Positions 1 to 18,010 of a stretch of 64,000 nucleotides of DNA are shown piece by piece. Below the pieces are notes generated by a model. It was not told the DNA's origin. It saw only the letters and a list, made by a program, of their open reading frames with translations, and made no database searches. Source of the stretch: Lineus longissimus (lineage: Eukaryota); NCBI RefSeq assembly GCF_910592395.1, contig NC_088308.1, positions 2,294,001-2,358,000 of the forward strand, read 5' to 3'. The position numbers were made by a program, and so were the translations under genes. The first letter of the stretch is position 1, and each line of letters opens with the position of its first letter.

Positions 1-3000
1 TCACAGGAGTATTTTTAATTGGAGTTGGTTTTGTCGGTGTCGGTGGCAGCTTTGCTCCACGATTCAATGAACCGTATGATGATATATTCCGTAGGGTTTG
101 TTTTGTTGTGTCAACGACCTTGGTGGGTTCCGAATCCTTCACAGGTTCTGAAAATACACAGCAAACTAGAATTAGGAGGTATAGACGGTGGTGTCAACCT
201 TCTTGAGGATCAACAGGATAGATGACAGCGTTGGTCGCTATAATTGGATTCGTCTCCCTGCAGAAGAAGAAGAAGTCCCACTTGTCAAGACAAACAAAGG
301 ATTTTCCATTATGTAAATTTTTCATCAAATCAATGAAGCAAGATGGTTTAAAATAAAAATGCCTGAAATTTTAATCTTTGAAAAACCTGCTCTAGTCTTG
401 TATCTCAGACACCATCAACATTAGAGAGGTTCAGATTTTGACATAGAGCGAGAGCGAGGTGGCAATATGATGAGAGCTCACACGTTGCCTTCCATCAATA
501 ATGCCTCACACCTACAGCCACCTTGTTCTCAGGATCAAAACTGAACCTCACTGTTATAAACACAGACACAAGTATATCAAAGGTAGTTACTAACAGGCAT
601 GCTTCACATGGGGAAACTAAACTAGAGGAAGAAACAGGTAAACCCTTCAAGGACTCTGGCTATTTCAAGAAAATTACACGAAAAATTAAAATTAATTTAC
701 CTCCCTCTCCAAAAAGTCGACAAGCCCTCTAAGGGTATAGGATCTACTGAGGATGGACTGAGGGTTTGACATATCGCTAAGTTTTGCATTTCAACATAAA
801 ATGAGATACCAGGTAATTGATCTTATACGTCACATGACCAAAAGGTAATAGCTCTGTCTTTTGGAAATTATGTATCTCTCAAGAAACATTTCTCACAAGG
901 TGAGACCTCGTCAAAAAACTTGGAAAAATTTATGATAACCTCCAAAGTAAAAAGCCTGAAGAATGCAAATTTAAGAGAATACAGAAAGACGTGTACATTC
1001 AATGATTTGTGGTGAATAATTGATGATCCCTAAGGACAACAATTTTCAGTCCCAGTGGTATCTTAGTTGACGATACTGAAGCGATTCTTTAAAGGTGTAA
1101 GGCAACTTTAGAACAGAAATAGGATAGGGCACTAAAACAATAAATACACTAGATACTAACCATCTAACAACGTCTCCTCAGACTTACTCAGGAGTTTACT
1201 GGGCGGGCTGGGTGAGTATTTGAATGGCACCATTCGCATTAACCAGTGCCCTTCTATTGAGCTGGCTGATGAGCCACTGGACGAACTCAACCCCACTAGG
1301 GAGCGCCGCTGGTAAAACAACATATAAGCATTCCGTGTGATGATCTGATCTTCCTGTAGGGGCGTAACCTTCGTGTCGTCGAATGAGTACCACTGGTCGT
1401 CGTATGGGTTTTTGCAGAAGGCTGTGGAGAAGATGAAAAGAAATATAAGATTTTGAATGCAATGGCAATTACACAAACACCCAAACATAAACATGATCCA
1501 AAAAAAGTGTCAGAAACTAATCTAATTTTTCAAATTAACTTTTGAAAGGTTTGCCAAGTGATGGTTTAAGGACTTTGATCAGTTTCATACTATCCACTGG
1601 AACCTGACAATCTGCAGAATGCTTATCATTACCTGTGTAATGTCCGCCAACCATGTTGCCATAGTGATTACAAACAGCGTACAAGTCATACACTGAGTCA
1701 TCGTCCGTTGGTGTGGTCAACCGTTGTCGTCTCCATGGCGAGAATGACAGGTACATATCCATCATCTTCGAGTCCGTGCCCCTCTTTCCATTGTATTGGC
1801 TCATTTCGAGACCCTGCACAGGAAAACTCACAAGGTTGTTCAATTTGGTTCGCCGTGAACCAATCTGGAAAACAAGAAACTTGAAGTGAGAACCGAACTG
1901 GTACGAATCTGATTATCATCCAACCTGTCAATCATCAAGCAGAACATAATGAGACCAATGGACGGCTTTTACTTTTTGGTCGGTTTTGGTAAAGTACCTT
2001 TCTGAAACTCGCCACCACTATGCCGATCACTCACCTGCTTGAAACGTTTCAAGTGGATGACCAGAATATCAGGGAGTGACCACAGATTCAGGCTCTTGAT
2101 AGTTCCCTGTTGCCTTCTCTGACATTTGGAACAAATCCACGAATCATCCGGGCCAAGCTGAAAAAAAATCATAGTTCTGAAAGATAACTGACCTGGAGAG
2201 ACTAGCGCCCCATTCACTTTAACAGTGGACTCAGCAAGCAAGAGACACAGCACATTTTGCAGGTTTGTCCACTGATGACAAGAAAACAGATGAATTTTTA
2301 TGTACGTTATTGGCTTGGTCATCGTAACTCCAATTGTAATTGTAACCACTAAGGCCTGTAAATATGACAAAGTGGTAAACCACCGAAGCTGATTACAGGC
2401 CTTTATAGGCAAGATCTTCCAGCATTTATGATCAGAGGTTATGTATCATTCCCCGAGAAGCCTTGCTGGCCAGGGTTGATTGAGTAGAATCTTGAAAGAG
2501 AAAAGCTACAACCCACCTTCTCTTCCTTCGTATACAGCTCGAAACATTCCTCAAGGGTGGAGAGGACTGGCGAGAGTTGCGACTGCTTGGCCTGTCGTAC
2601 ACTCACGTGCTCCTCTATGAAATCAGTCACATCTCCTAGCAACCTGAAAGTAAGAGAGAAGAAGACAATTGCTTGACCATCGCAGGCCGACTCCCCAGTT
2701 AAGATTGTTCTCGTTATGACGCCTGGGTGGCGAGAAGCTTTGAAGAGTTAGTTGCCTTGCTCAAGGACACAGCAATTCTAACATTCGCTGTTCTTCAGAG
2801 AAATCAAGCATTACATACTTCTGTTTCATTTCTGGATCCCACTCAGCGACCAACTTGATATGTGTCATCAAACCGTCAAACGTGCAGAAACTCAAAGCTC
2901 TGAAAACAAGAATAAAGATTCTAAGGGCTAATTTCAAATGGACAAATCATTTAGAATTTCTGATTTTAATTCTCGTGTCAGGTCTGCTGACAAGTAAAGA

Positions 3001-6000
3001 CTCTGGCATCCACACGCCCTCTTCCCTAATGCAAATTTGGGCACACCCAATTTAATTTTGGTTACACCCTTGAAGGATACAGTGAGCATGCAATTGACAA
3101 GCCTGCATGGCATATCTTTTACTACGCATGATACGGTATTTTGACGTCATCTCGATATTCGCAACTCAAATGATTCCCAATCCCACCTATCAACTGCTTC
3201 TGTGTACAGCGGGCACTCAACATCTGTGGGAAGGTAGCATTTGCCTGATATATCATCAATCGCTTTCAGCTTCATGATTGCACCGATCTCTTGCTGCAGT
3301 ATCCCTGGTTTCACCTGGTCCTTCATGTGCCGCAGGATGGCGTCTTCCACTTCCACGAAAGTGGAGTCGCGTGGGAGCTGCATCACTATTGGGTAGCCGA
3401 ACCTTAAGTCAAATGGATATTATATTGTCTTTTTTGTCACGAAACTGATTATGTCATAAAATCATTTTACAGATTTGGCAGCTTTAAAAAAAAATTCAAA
3501 TTCAAAGGTTCTGTCATTCGAACCTGGACTTGGCTCAAGTGATCAAGTTAGGAATCAGGAATCTCAAAAACGTTCATCATTGACGCATGTGGATTCACGG
3601 AATCTATTGTGTATACTTAGCTCCAGTTAGAGCTAGATTGTCATCCAATGATGTTCAGTACTTTTCTAATAGAACCTCTATTACATTATACTAACTTTCT
3701 ACTCTTAGGACCGACACCAACTTTGTTCAGCAGGACGATGACGATATAATCTTGTTCTGGATACTGATTGGCCTTCAAAGTCTCAATGTACGGTACAGGC
3801 ATTTGGATGGCAAATACGCCGTCTGTCTCATGGATGTCACTGAGAGGCTGGTTGTCCCGGAATGTCCGATGGAAACCGTCATAGCAGATCTCAGTTAACA
3901 TAAGCTAAAGGAGTAGCAAAGAAAAAATAGCCTTTTTATGTCAGCGTTTGCTTGTCGAGGTAGTCTGGTTCATCCTTTTTTAAAGGGAGACAATAGGCAA
4001 GAGCAAAGTGGGGCAGATTAAGTTCAACAAAGTCACAAATAGGTGTCTCTGCTGTTACAAAGGTCATTAGTACCATTCATACTAGCCTGAGGCATATTTT
4101 ATTCACCACGTCAATCCCGGCTTCATAACTGGTAGTCACTGGCAGACCACCAACTTGGTACTTGTACTAATACATGTACCTACTATAAGCCGCCTTGTAA
4201 AAGCAAAATTACATTTTATCACTCAGTATGAGGAAGATAACAGGGAATCTTAAAAGAATTTTCACTTAATTTTGTCTATCAAGTTACCATGCATGACATT
4301 AGAACTACTAACAGAAATAACATTGTCAAGTAGACAGGCCATGTACAGTGCATACACATTTATGATAAAGAGAATATTTCAGATGGAGGGTTAAAAAAAA
4401 GCACCCAGGGCAACCTCAGCATTTATCATGATTATGTCAATTTGTCCTCTTTGAAACTGCTTTTAGAAAGATAAATTTACATTCAGCACTTTAGCAGTAC
4501 ACTGACAGCATGACCAAGAACGTCTTCAGTTACGGTAAATGTCACCGATCGTTAAACGTGCACAATTCAGGAAGTTTGTTGACTTCTAATCCAACAGGAA
4601 TCACGCCCAGTTTTTCTTCAACAAATGTACAGATGTTACATTTAGTGGAGTTACAATGCAATTTTTGAATTAGATATAAACCAATCCCTCAGGCCTGCCC
4701 AAAAGCTATGCGTATCTGAAAAAGGAACCAGGCCTAAAATGAAGTTCATCTCAAAAACTGGTTACCGACTGGTTATTGTTGATGTACTAACCTGTTTTGC
4801 TGGGATGCCTGTATCTTCTGCTAGCTTCGTTCGAAGATCCTTGACCCTATCCAGCCACTCCATCATGAGGCCAATCCGAACCTGCTTCGGTTGCGCGTCG
4901 AGGTAAACAACGGTGACAAACACGGGACGGTACTTTTTCTGAGGGATCGGCAGAGAGACGCAAAGGAAAGGGTCAAACGTGTTGCTCTCGCCCTCACAGC
5001 GTGGACAGTGGAGGGAGGAGCGGTACAACGCTTGGAAGAGATCATAGACAAAGCTGTTATTGTTACGCATGTGGTTGGCAAGGGCTTCCGCGGCCACGAG
5101 GTCATCTGAGCGACCATGACTACTCTGTAAAGGTAACAGGAAGACAAACATAACTCATGTACTCATGTAACAGTCAGCTATTCGAGGGGTATGGTGGCAT
5201 CAAAATTGGCAGCTTGAAGCTGCCAACCCAATGTGTATTCTATAATCCAATTTGAACATTTTCGAACGATCATGTGCATCAGGTTTCTCAACGCTGATAG
5301 TGATAGTTCAGAAATGGTTTTTTTTGGCATAATCATAATTTAGACTAACTTTATTTGTGGTGTTATTTTTAAAGTGATGTTAAGGTTAAAGAACAGTCCG
5401 TTTCATCTCTAAAAAGGTAAATTATGTTGTCCTGGGTACTGCGGTGCATCATTTGAAATGTATTTCAGGTACCATATTCCTGACCCAGCAATGTATTATT
5501 CAACATGGCCTGATATGATGGTGTCAAGGCCTTGTAGATGACATGCACATTTATGTAGAACTCTGTTCACCAAGTACAAATGAACACAGAAAGTTTTTAA
5601 TATTCTTCCGACAGCTGTTCAACATTTTATGATTCTCATTGAGCAGTGTTGATTAGCTTCTAATATCAACTTCAAATGTCACCCCAAAATCGAAACATTG
5701 GGTGGAAAAATTGACATGTTCAATCAAATAATGGAAAAACGCCAATTCACATATGACTCTATGACTCATCATACATATGTCATAAATTCATAAACTGGGA
5801 ATTTTATCTCTCTATGGACGGTCATATCCAAAATTATCTGATGACCATAGTTTATCTTGTGCATTGCATTTGATGAATTTAGGTTTATAAACATTTTCAT
5901 AGAACAATATGTTTACAAAGTGTATCATTTTTATTGATACATTCTATAGCGTCATGTTTACTTTCTTACTGAGAAGTGTGTCATGTTGTCATTTTCTCGG

Positions 6001-7933
6001 TCAAGCTTAAACAGGAACATAAATGAACAATGGATGGTTCTCGAGTCCATCATATGGCCGGGAATGAGGCCTGACATGCCTGAGCAATATTTATTTCAAA
6101 TCAACAATGGATGATCATTTTTTCTGTTCATATTGATTATGACTGACACTGCATATTAGCTCAAGCAAAAACTTTTTTTAAATATTGATTTCTACAAATA
6201 ATACTTTTTCAATTCTATCATGAAAATTCACAGTAAAATACATAAATAGGTCATTTTCAATGATGTGTCACCATCGCCAACAGTGTTTACCCTAGTTTTT
6301 GGTTTGAACATGATAGAATTATCGTCATGAGGTACATGTGCACCATCTTTTCCTGACCTGACATTGTCCCATTGACAGGAGACCTGAATGATCAGACAAC
6401 CGTGAATTATGGGCTCAACATGCCCTACAGTCATGTGAAAGAATGTCTAAGGGGAGGTGCCAAACCATGAAATATCATGAACTCAATAAAAACTACTAAT
6501 GCGTGAACTATTTAGTATCCCTATGATAAATTACTAATTTATGACCTCCGGGAAATCAAGCACCAACAGGAAAGGGATTGGCAATCAAGTCATTAACAAG
6601 GATGGGGCAGCAGCATGATTTGCCAGACATATTTTGGTAGCTAACCCCAGCCAAAATAATAAGGTCTCACACAGCTACATGTACAATTTACAAATCTACA
6701 GAGACATTGAGTTTCTCCTGTTTTTTTCAAAATGAATATTACAGTTATACAAAGACTGATTACTCAGCTATAAACAAAATTCATCTGAAACTCTGTACTT
6801 GAAGTATAGCATTGATGATTTTTTTACATTCCATTTCAAAGCAAATCGTTGTTTAATATTGCATCTGTAACTAAATGCAAATGCAACAATTCTCTATTTT
6901 TAAACTCATCAGATCCTAATCCAGGAAGTTGACATGTGGCAACAATTATAATTTTAAGAGTGAAAAACTGAAATCTGAATGTACTATTTTGACATGGGGT
7001 TGTTTGAAATTGGGCTGTGGGCAGTAGGATTGCTACTTCTACGACTGCAAACCAATATACCTTGTTAGCTCTGTACTTCTTCTTGGCGGCAGTATTGAGG
7101 TCTTCATGGACTTTATCCAATAACCACAAGAAGAACTCCTGAGCATCATGTTGGCCACCACCACGGTACTGACTTCCATACTTCCCAACCACACTCTTGA
7201 AATCACTGGATATCTCTGGCGTATACTGGCAGGACCACAGACTTTTTAACAACACTGCTAAATGTTCTGTAACCTCTCCTTTGGAACCAAACTTCTTTGC
7301 ATTGGACTTGTCACCGCGGGAAATGTCTGCTTTGTACTGATCAGTGACAAAATATTCTGCTAGAATATCTGTATGCCCCAGACATTGCAAGACAGCATTC
7401 ATGAAACAGGTATTTCCATGGTTTCTCAATCCTTCAATTCCTGGAACTTTGTTCCCATAAATGTTATTTAGAAGATTTTTTTTATGAACTGGACGGTTTG
7501 CAGCTGCTGTTTTCTTGGTAATACTAGGGCCTTTTTGATCTTCAAGGTGATCATCTTTTTGACTAGGACTTTCATCATCCCGTTGCAGCTTTTCTTTCAT
7601 GCTACTGGATCGCCTCGGTCCATTTGACACAAAAGATCTCACAGCTTTATGCATGAAACTTCCAAATGTTCTCAGGCGATGCTTTTTTGAGCCCTTAATC
7701 TTCTTTTCACCTTTGGTATTAAAGTCAGAATCCAACTCTGAAGTACTGTTTCTGATGGCAGCATTTGACTTGTCAACAAATTTTGCAGGGCCAGATTTGT
7801 CATGTTTGTTTACGGAAGACCGGGAAGTAAGTGGACTTTCATCGCCATATAACTCCGCTTCATCGACCTCACAGTCCAAAATATCGCCATCCGAGGCGGT
7901 GCGCCTTCTGCCACCTACCACCCTGTGGCTCAT
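1..7933 (-). CDS. USP31: Ubiquitin-specific protease USP31/USP43-like (peptidase C19), spliced, 3' end beyond the window
   Basis: In-phase GT-AG exons: 7061-7933, 4792-5124, 3696-3904, 3187-3402, 2819-2899, 2517-2643, 2035-2157, 1633-1864, 1161-1421, 1-147. Cys box [49 protein letters not shown], His box [24 protein letters not shown] and [19 protein letters not shown] and RPVFVTVVY segments resemble the USP31/43 clade. Confidence 0.9.
3030..3104 (-). mobile_element. Fragment of the same MITE family as 26012-26332
   Basis: Reverse complement CAGGCTTGTCAATTGCA...AGGGTGT...GGGTGTGCCCAAATT resembles the left end of the 26012 element. Confidence 0.5.
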
Positions 7934-9146
7934 CTTGGTGTTTCTGGTGATTTAATCACCTAAAATTTGGCTAAATCGACCAAAATTGGAGAGAAAATCG
8001 AAAATTTTGCACGGCTTGCAACCATCATTACGTTGCATTCTGGGTCGCTCTGAATTTTCCGAAGGAGATTCGGAGATTGTCCTGCTCACTGTCGCTGCCA
8101 ACACAAGCCGCCATTTTAAATCTGCTTCACCAATTCGTGTGGATCACAGGTGCGTGAAGAAACTAAAATCATAGCAATCGAGTGGACCTGCTAGTTTCGT
8201 TACTCTTAAACTCCCTGAGCTGGGTAGTCTATACCCATATTCACACACGTTTCCGTCTCTTATATCGGTTTTGCATTGTTGATTGATTCGGACATCGTCA
8301 CACCCCTGTGAAACATCCGGGGCCTCACGTTTCAAAAATGGCAGTCAGCTGGACAGGCAGAGAGAATATTATGCTTCAGTCAGCTTGGAGGATGGATCTT
8401 CGGCTGTTTCCGTGTATTCCGTGACCCTGAAATCGAGGTTGTTTACAACAGACCATGAGACACATGGCTATTTTTTGACTTCTGACTTGCTTGGCTGATT
8501 TGGCTGTTTATTTAGCCTGTTTATGTAATTATTTGTAAAATAAACAATCCCGAAAATGGTGCATGGTCATTTCTAGTTTTTAGTAATCCTGCTGTCACAT
8601 GAATTACCGTCTCTTCTTTGATGAATACAGCAACTTTTCCTATTTTTGAGTGTTTTATGATTCTCATACACTGTCTGCTACTGACCTACTAGGCTTAGGC
8701 CCTATGTCTGTATTTTGCAGAGGATGAAGTCATACACCCAATGTCAGATCATTCATGCTATTGCCGTCATGACTATGAGGTTCTATGATCAATCGAAGAC
8801 GACACGACACGCGAAGACGATACTTGCTCTTGAGTCTGACCTCTCCTTCCTTGTCGTGTACTTACCGTAGACCGTATCGCTGAAATTTCATTGTTGGCGT
8901 AGTAATGACATGACGTAATTGGCGTAATTACTCACGATGTGGCGATATGTCTTTTGACCTCAAAATAAAAACACTCGTCAACATTTCACGGTTTACAGTT
9001 GTTCTTTTTACCGAGGCACTGTTGCCGTATAAAAATGTTAATTAATTTATAGGTGTTATATCTAAGATGAATGTTTCCTCCTTTTCAGATCGCTTCGTAA
9101 TTTTCAAGAGAAGTTTGTGCTCTCAGAGAAGTGAGGGTCAGTCGTC
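7934..9146. promoter_or_regulatory. Putative bidirectional promoter and 5'-UTR region shared by the USP31-like gene and MGMT
   Basis: The start codons diverge about 1.2 kb apart. CpG-richer patches, YY1-like CCGCCATTTT at 8108 and CRE-like TGACGTAA at 8911. Splice acceptors lie just upstream of both ATGs. Confidence 0.5.
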
Positions 9147-10240
9147 ATGCCGACCTACAGAAGTAACAAAAATCGCCCTGGCACTGCTAACAGGCTTACC
9201 AAGTGCTACCACGGTCCTCCTAACACATACATACTGAGCAGTCCGATAGGGAACTTGGAGCTGGTGAGCTGTGCAAGAGGGATCCATACTCTTGGCCAAG
9301 TTGAGGGAATCACAGATGACACATTCCAACCAGATATTAGGTACTTGTCTGATCCTTTTGGTTGACCAGTACTGTTCTTAAAATCCTGTGGCCAGCAATG
9401 GCTATTGCAGCCAAGAGAGACTGTTTAGCTGAGGATCTTGGCACTTGGCTCTCAACTCGGTACCTTGAATTTGATAATCATATTTGATTAGAGTTTGACT
9501 ACGGTAACCTTATGAAACTGAGAATAACTTGTGCCCCACCAGCAAATCCTTCAAGTCAGTTTTGTTTTATTCGCAGCATTCAAGTGCAGCTTATATCCCA
9601 ACTCTACCCTGACAATGGATACACTTACAAACCAGTCCAAGCATGCATACAGTGGTTGAACAATTATTTCCAAAATCCTGTTGAAGCCAAACTGCAGTCA
9701 CCGCCAACAATTTGCTTCATTCACACTAAAGAAGGTGAGCTGATTAAACTCTTTTTAGCTGTAAGCAGTGGCCATTTCTCTTATCAGTTGTTGCCCATTG
9801 ATAATGGGGCATGGAGGATCATCTCAAACTTCCAGAGGTATTTGCTACGTTGTGGTCTTCCTTGTGGGCAAAGCAAGTGAACTGAGGGGTGGTCAACTTT
9901 AACTGTGATGAAGTCAAACTTTTGATGCTGCATTTGAGGCTTATTCTACATGCAGTTACATTTTTCAATTTCAGGATCATTCACAGAAAGAGTTTGGCAA
10001 ACATTGGCAGAGAAGACGAAATATGGGAACACAGTGTCATACGCAGAACTAGCAGAAGTATGTGGAAGTGCCAAAGCATGTCGAAAAGTCGGTACAGCCA
10101 TGAGAAACAACCCGGTTCAGTTGATTATACCGTGCCATCGAGTGATAAGGAGTAATGGGACATTCGGTGATTACTGTGCCGGTTCTCGAAATTCTGTGAA
10201 AACGTGGTTATTACAAATGGAGGATGTTATCAAGTCTTAG
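9147..10240 (+). CDS. MGMT: O6-methylguanine-DNA methyltransferase (alkyltransferase)
   Basis: Exons 9147-9340, 9577-9734 and 9975-10240 join in phase. Motifs SPIGNLEL, FTERVW, VSYAELAE, CRKVGTAMRNNP, active site IIPCHRVI and KTWLLQME. Confidence 0.93.
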
Positions 10241-10945
10241 ACCTAAACCCTGAAAGTGATTCTGCTGACATCTAAATAATGTTACCAGTTGTTGCCATTC
10301 CACATTCATGTTCAAAAAGTGTTTCAAAAACTGTCAAAAAGTGGATTGAAAATTAACATTTTGGTAAGCCTTCTATTGACAGTATTAGAAGTGACTTGCT
10401 GACTTTGGGGTTAAGGCTGTTAATTGGCATTTTCACTGCATTTAAAAATGTAAGGAGTTTCTTTGTTTAAATTAGGCTTGAAGATTGTATTTGAATGTCA
10501 AACACTGAAATGTAGAAGTTTCTAGTATTGTTGCATTTGGACAAGGGAGTGTCGACTTCAGGAACTGATCATTTCAAAAACTGTCAAAGAGAAGGTTGAA
10601 CATTGCTATTTGTTCGTCAGACTCCTTTAGTTCAGACATGCCTTGTCTTGTTACTTTATTTGGATGGGTGAGTGACTCACATTTGGGGCTGAGAATATGT
10701 ATCCATTTGAAATCATTGATACCCGTGTGGGTTTTTGTTTTGCAATATTTGAATCCACTTTGTTACCGGTACACTAAATTTGGTCCCTGCGAATGACCCT
10801 AACCACATGTGATACCATGGAATTTCCCTGATGTCAGGATCTGTTGAATTTTTGTGTTCAAAAGAAATTCATATATTTGTCTTCGATGTGCTGTCCAATT
10901 TCTGTCACATCCCTCCATCAGTTGATAGCAAAACTATTTACATCT

Positions 10946-11002
10946 ATTGCATTGTATGCAACAGATTGCATTGTATACAACAGATTGCATTGTATGCAAC
11001 AG
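10946..11002. repeat. 19-bp tandem repeat, 3 copies
   Basis: ATTGCATTGTAT(G/A)CAACAG three times. Confidence 0.9.
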
Positions 11003-11106
11003 AACAGTGTTGAGGTTGAGATTAGAACTTTCTGGCTGCAATCGTAATCAGGAATGCTGATCGATATTTCACTTATCACATGTGAATCTTGTTTGTTTAA
11101 AAAAGA

Positions 11107-11408
11107 AACAGAGCAGTATTGCATGAAATAGGATTGTTTCTTCTTTTTGTGAACTGAATCGGCAAAATTGCAGATGGCCCAAGGAGTCACTGTCACTGGA
11201 TGTGTGTTACTATCCCTGGTTTGGTCTCCCTAGGCCCACAGAGGCAATAGTGCATTCAACAGAGCAGTATTGCATGAGATAGGATTGTTTCTTCTTTTTG
11301 TGAACTGAATCGGCAAAATTGCAGATGACCCAAGGAGTCACTGTCACTGGATGTGTGTTACTATCCCTGGTTTGGTCTCCCTTGGCCCACAGAGGCAATA
11401 GTGCATTC
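11107..11408. repeat. 151-bp tandem duplication (2 copies)
   Basis: AACAGAGCAGTATTGCATGA...GCAATAGTGCATTC starts at 11107 and 11258, with about 3 substitutions. Confidence 0.92.
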
Positions 11409-14029
11409 TTAATTTAATGAAGAAAATGTTTGAAGACAATTTAGATTTGTCCAAAACTGAGAACAGAAATGCAGTCTTTCCAAAAGATGAGTTCCACGAA
11501 GCATTGGATGACTGATGTCTTGGAATGACACACGGCCTACCAACAGCTTGGACATTCTGGCTGGCCAATTTGAACTCCAACAAACCCATTCCATTTCCAA
11601 GAATTTGCCACCGATGGAGAACCCATGGGTGTGGGTCATCTCCGTGGAGTGTTGACTTGAAATCATGCGCATATTGGTTTCCTTCACCTGGTCGTACTGT
11701 CCCTTTTACGTACATATACTGCAAGTGGCACGCAATTCAAAATGGAAATCCTTTGGTATCCCCATCACAAACAGCATTGATCTTCATGCCTTGTCCATTG
11801 CTGTCCCTCCAGCCTGGTCTTTTCTCATATAAAGTGCTTACATGTACATGTTTAACTAGTTAGCAGTAATTTGCTTCCATTTTGTTGGACAGAAATTCAA
11901 AAACAACAGAAATCTTTTAAACAATTTATTCCATAATTTATATGAATATACATGAATAAGATCACTGGTACACGTAGTTACTAGAAGAGCCATTCTAAAA
12001 ACAACAGATTTGACGAAAGACACGGAAGAAGATAAAAGAGAGATGATCGTAAATGACAGCCAAATACAGTAGAATATGCTGTGTCATGATGGTTCTACAG
12101 TCTACACAGTCCTTCAGGGCAAATACTAAAAGAAACTTTGTGGGTTTGAACCAGGGGTTCCAAAGCCAATCCAGGGGGCACCAGGTAGACTCGGGTAACT
12201 TTCTTTTGTCTTGGTTCTTTACTCCCCAATCACATTGTAATCACAAAACACATGACAAGTGACTCTTCACAGTTCTTGCACGAATACATACATTTCACAT
12301 AACGGGCCAGTGCCAACTATATGGCTTGTGAAACGAGAGATCCATTGATTTTGACATGCCTTTTTAGACTTGATTATGCCCAAGTTAAATCCTGACTACA
12401 TGTACACTAACTGACTAGGAGAAGACACTGATAGAACCCTACATAATTTCTGGAACATTACATAATAGACTTTAGTCAGTGCAAAAAAATACTCAAGAGC
12501 TGAGAATCTCACAATGTACTTAAATGGACGGGAAATTTAAGCAGTAATTGGCCAATGTGTACTGGCGCAGTGATATGCATTTTATTGAAAGATTGAGATT
12601 TGTATTGCTTTGTCTATGAAAACACTCTTGGCAGGCCCAAGGCTGAAACAGCATAAGGGAAGCCTATATCATGTCAAAACAGCAATACCAAAACACCCCC
12701 TATTCTCTCTGAGAGCTCTCGGCATAATTACCCTTTAAATCCAAGAGACTAGTTCCACAGTCGACATTGGTGCATGTATATATTAGAAGAAATGGTTGAC
12801 CTCATCTTTGGGAAGAAAAAATTTTGTCAAAAGTTCACATTTATAAATATATTGCACTCTATTGATAAATACACAATTAAACACTCAATGACAGAGAGAC
12901 AATAATAAGTAAAAGGTTACATAATCTAAAGACTATCTACCACAAGGGATGTCTCAATAAAAAGGGATTTGAGATTCAAAATTCATTACAGGAAGGGTAA
13001 GCAGGTTTACAGTTACATTGACACTATAGTTAAGTTATAGATGTTGAGAAGGTTTCGTTGTTTGTGCACATTATTTCCCCTTATACGGGAACTAAATTAT
13101 TGCTGGCCAACATAAATAGACTCTTCCTTTACAAGTTTACCAGATATGCCATTGCAAAATCGATGTTTTTTGTTAACCCTGTATTATCACATGAGAAATA
13201 ATTTGTATACGAGGCATGATTGTTTAACAAGCACTGTATATAAGTACATCGGTTATTTAACATAAAGTTTCAGAAACCACAATGAGACAGATTACTGTAC
13301 ACAACAATGTTATAATTTCCATAAAATATATCACCAAAAAAACAAATGGAGAGAACTCATTCGCAGCTGATATGCATGAATACAATATCATTAGATAAGT
13401 ACGCCTGTTTATTCCCCTGACACTATAGGTTGGCAAATTGGCTCAATTTCAATAGTTAATGCTCAGTGTATATGATTTAAGAGTTTAAATTTTGTGTTTT
13501 AACTTCACCTTTGACAGTGCATCTGGGAAAATCACCCCAAAAATAACACTCGCCAAAGTTAATACTGTATTTGCTCTTAAAGAGTTCATGAAGGATGTCA
13601 CCTCAAGCTCTCCACTTAAGGACTATTTCAACAACTCAAGCAATCTTTGAAAAGTATGCTAATGGTTTTGGAAATCGCCGGACACTAGCTTCGGGAACAG
13701 ACAGAAAGACTAGAATGGAATATCTCTTTGGTACATTTGCCAATACTGATAACACCAAAGAGTCATAAACAACATTCAGATAATATGCAAACACCTAACA
13801 GGAATACTGATTGGTTATGAAACAAAGTGCTGGAAGTTGCTGGCCAAAACAAGGAATGTTACTTCTGAACTGTACAGTTTAAATAAATTTCAAGCTCCTC
13901 TGTCACACACATTGGTTTAGCCAATCGTAAAGCTGAGTCAAGCAAGGGTGTTGGGTATGTACGTAAGAGGATTGGGCTGACAGCAATCTGACAACTACGC
14001 TTTGTCCTGCAGCTCATCTTCAGCCCTCA

Positions 14030-17926
<3,897 letters not shown>

Positions 17927-18010
17927 CTGGGTTACAAACACGTCAGACACAGTGATGGCCGGCTACAATATTTGTCTTTTAAATCATCTGAAGAGAAGAG
18001 GGAATACAAG

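Noticed and set aside
148..258. Acceptor at 258 as the start of the last visible USP exon
   Set aside because: All frames hit stop codons quickly. The acceptor at 148 gives the open, in-phase exon.
2740..2775. CORE-SINE-like TTGCTCAAGGACACAGC fragment, and a degenerate tRNA-like stretch near 17250-17305
   Set aside because: Both are too short and too decayed to delimit without a repeat library.
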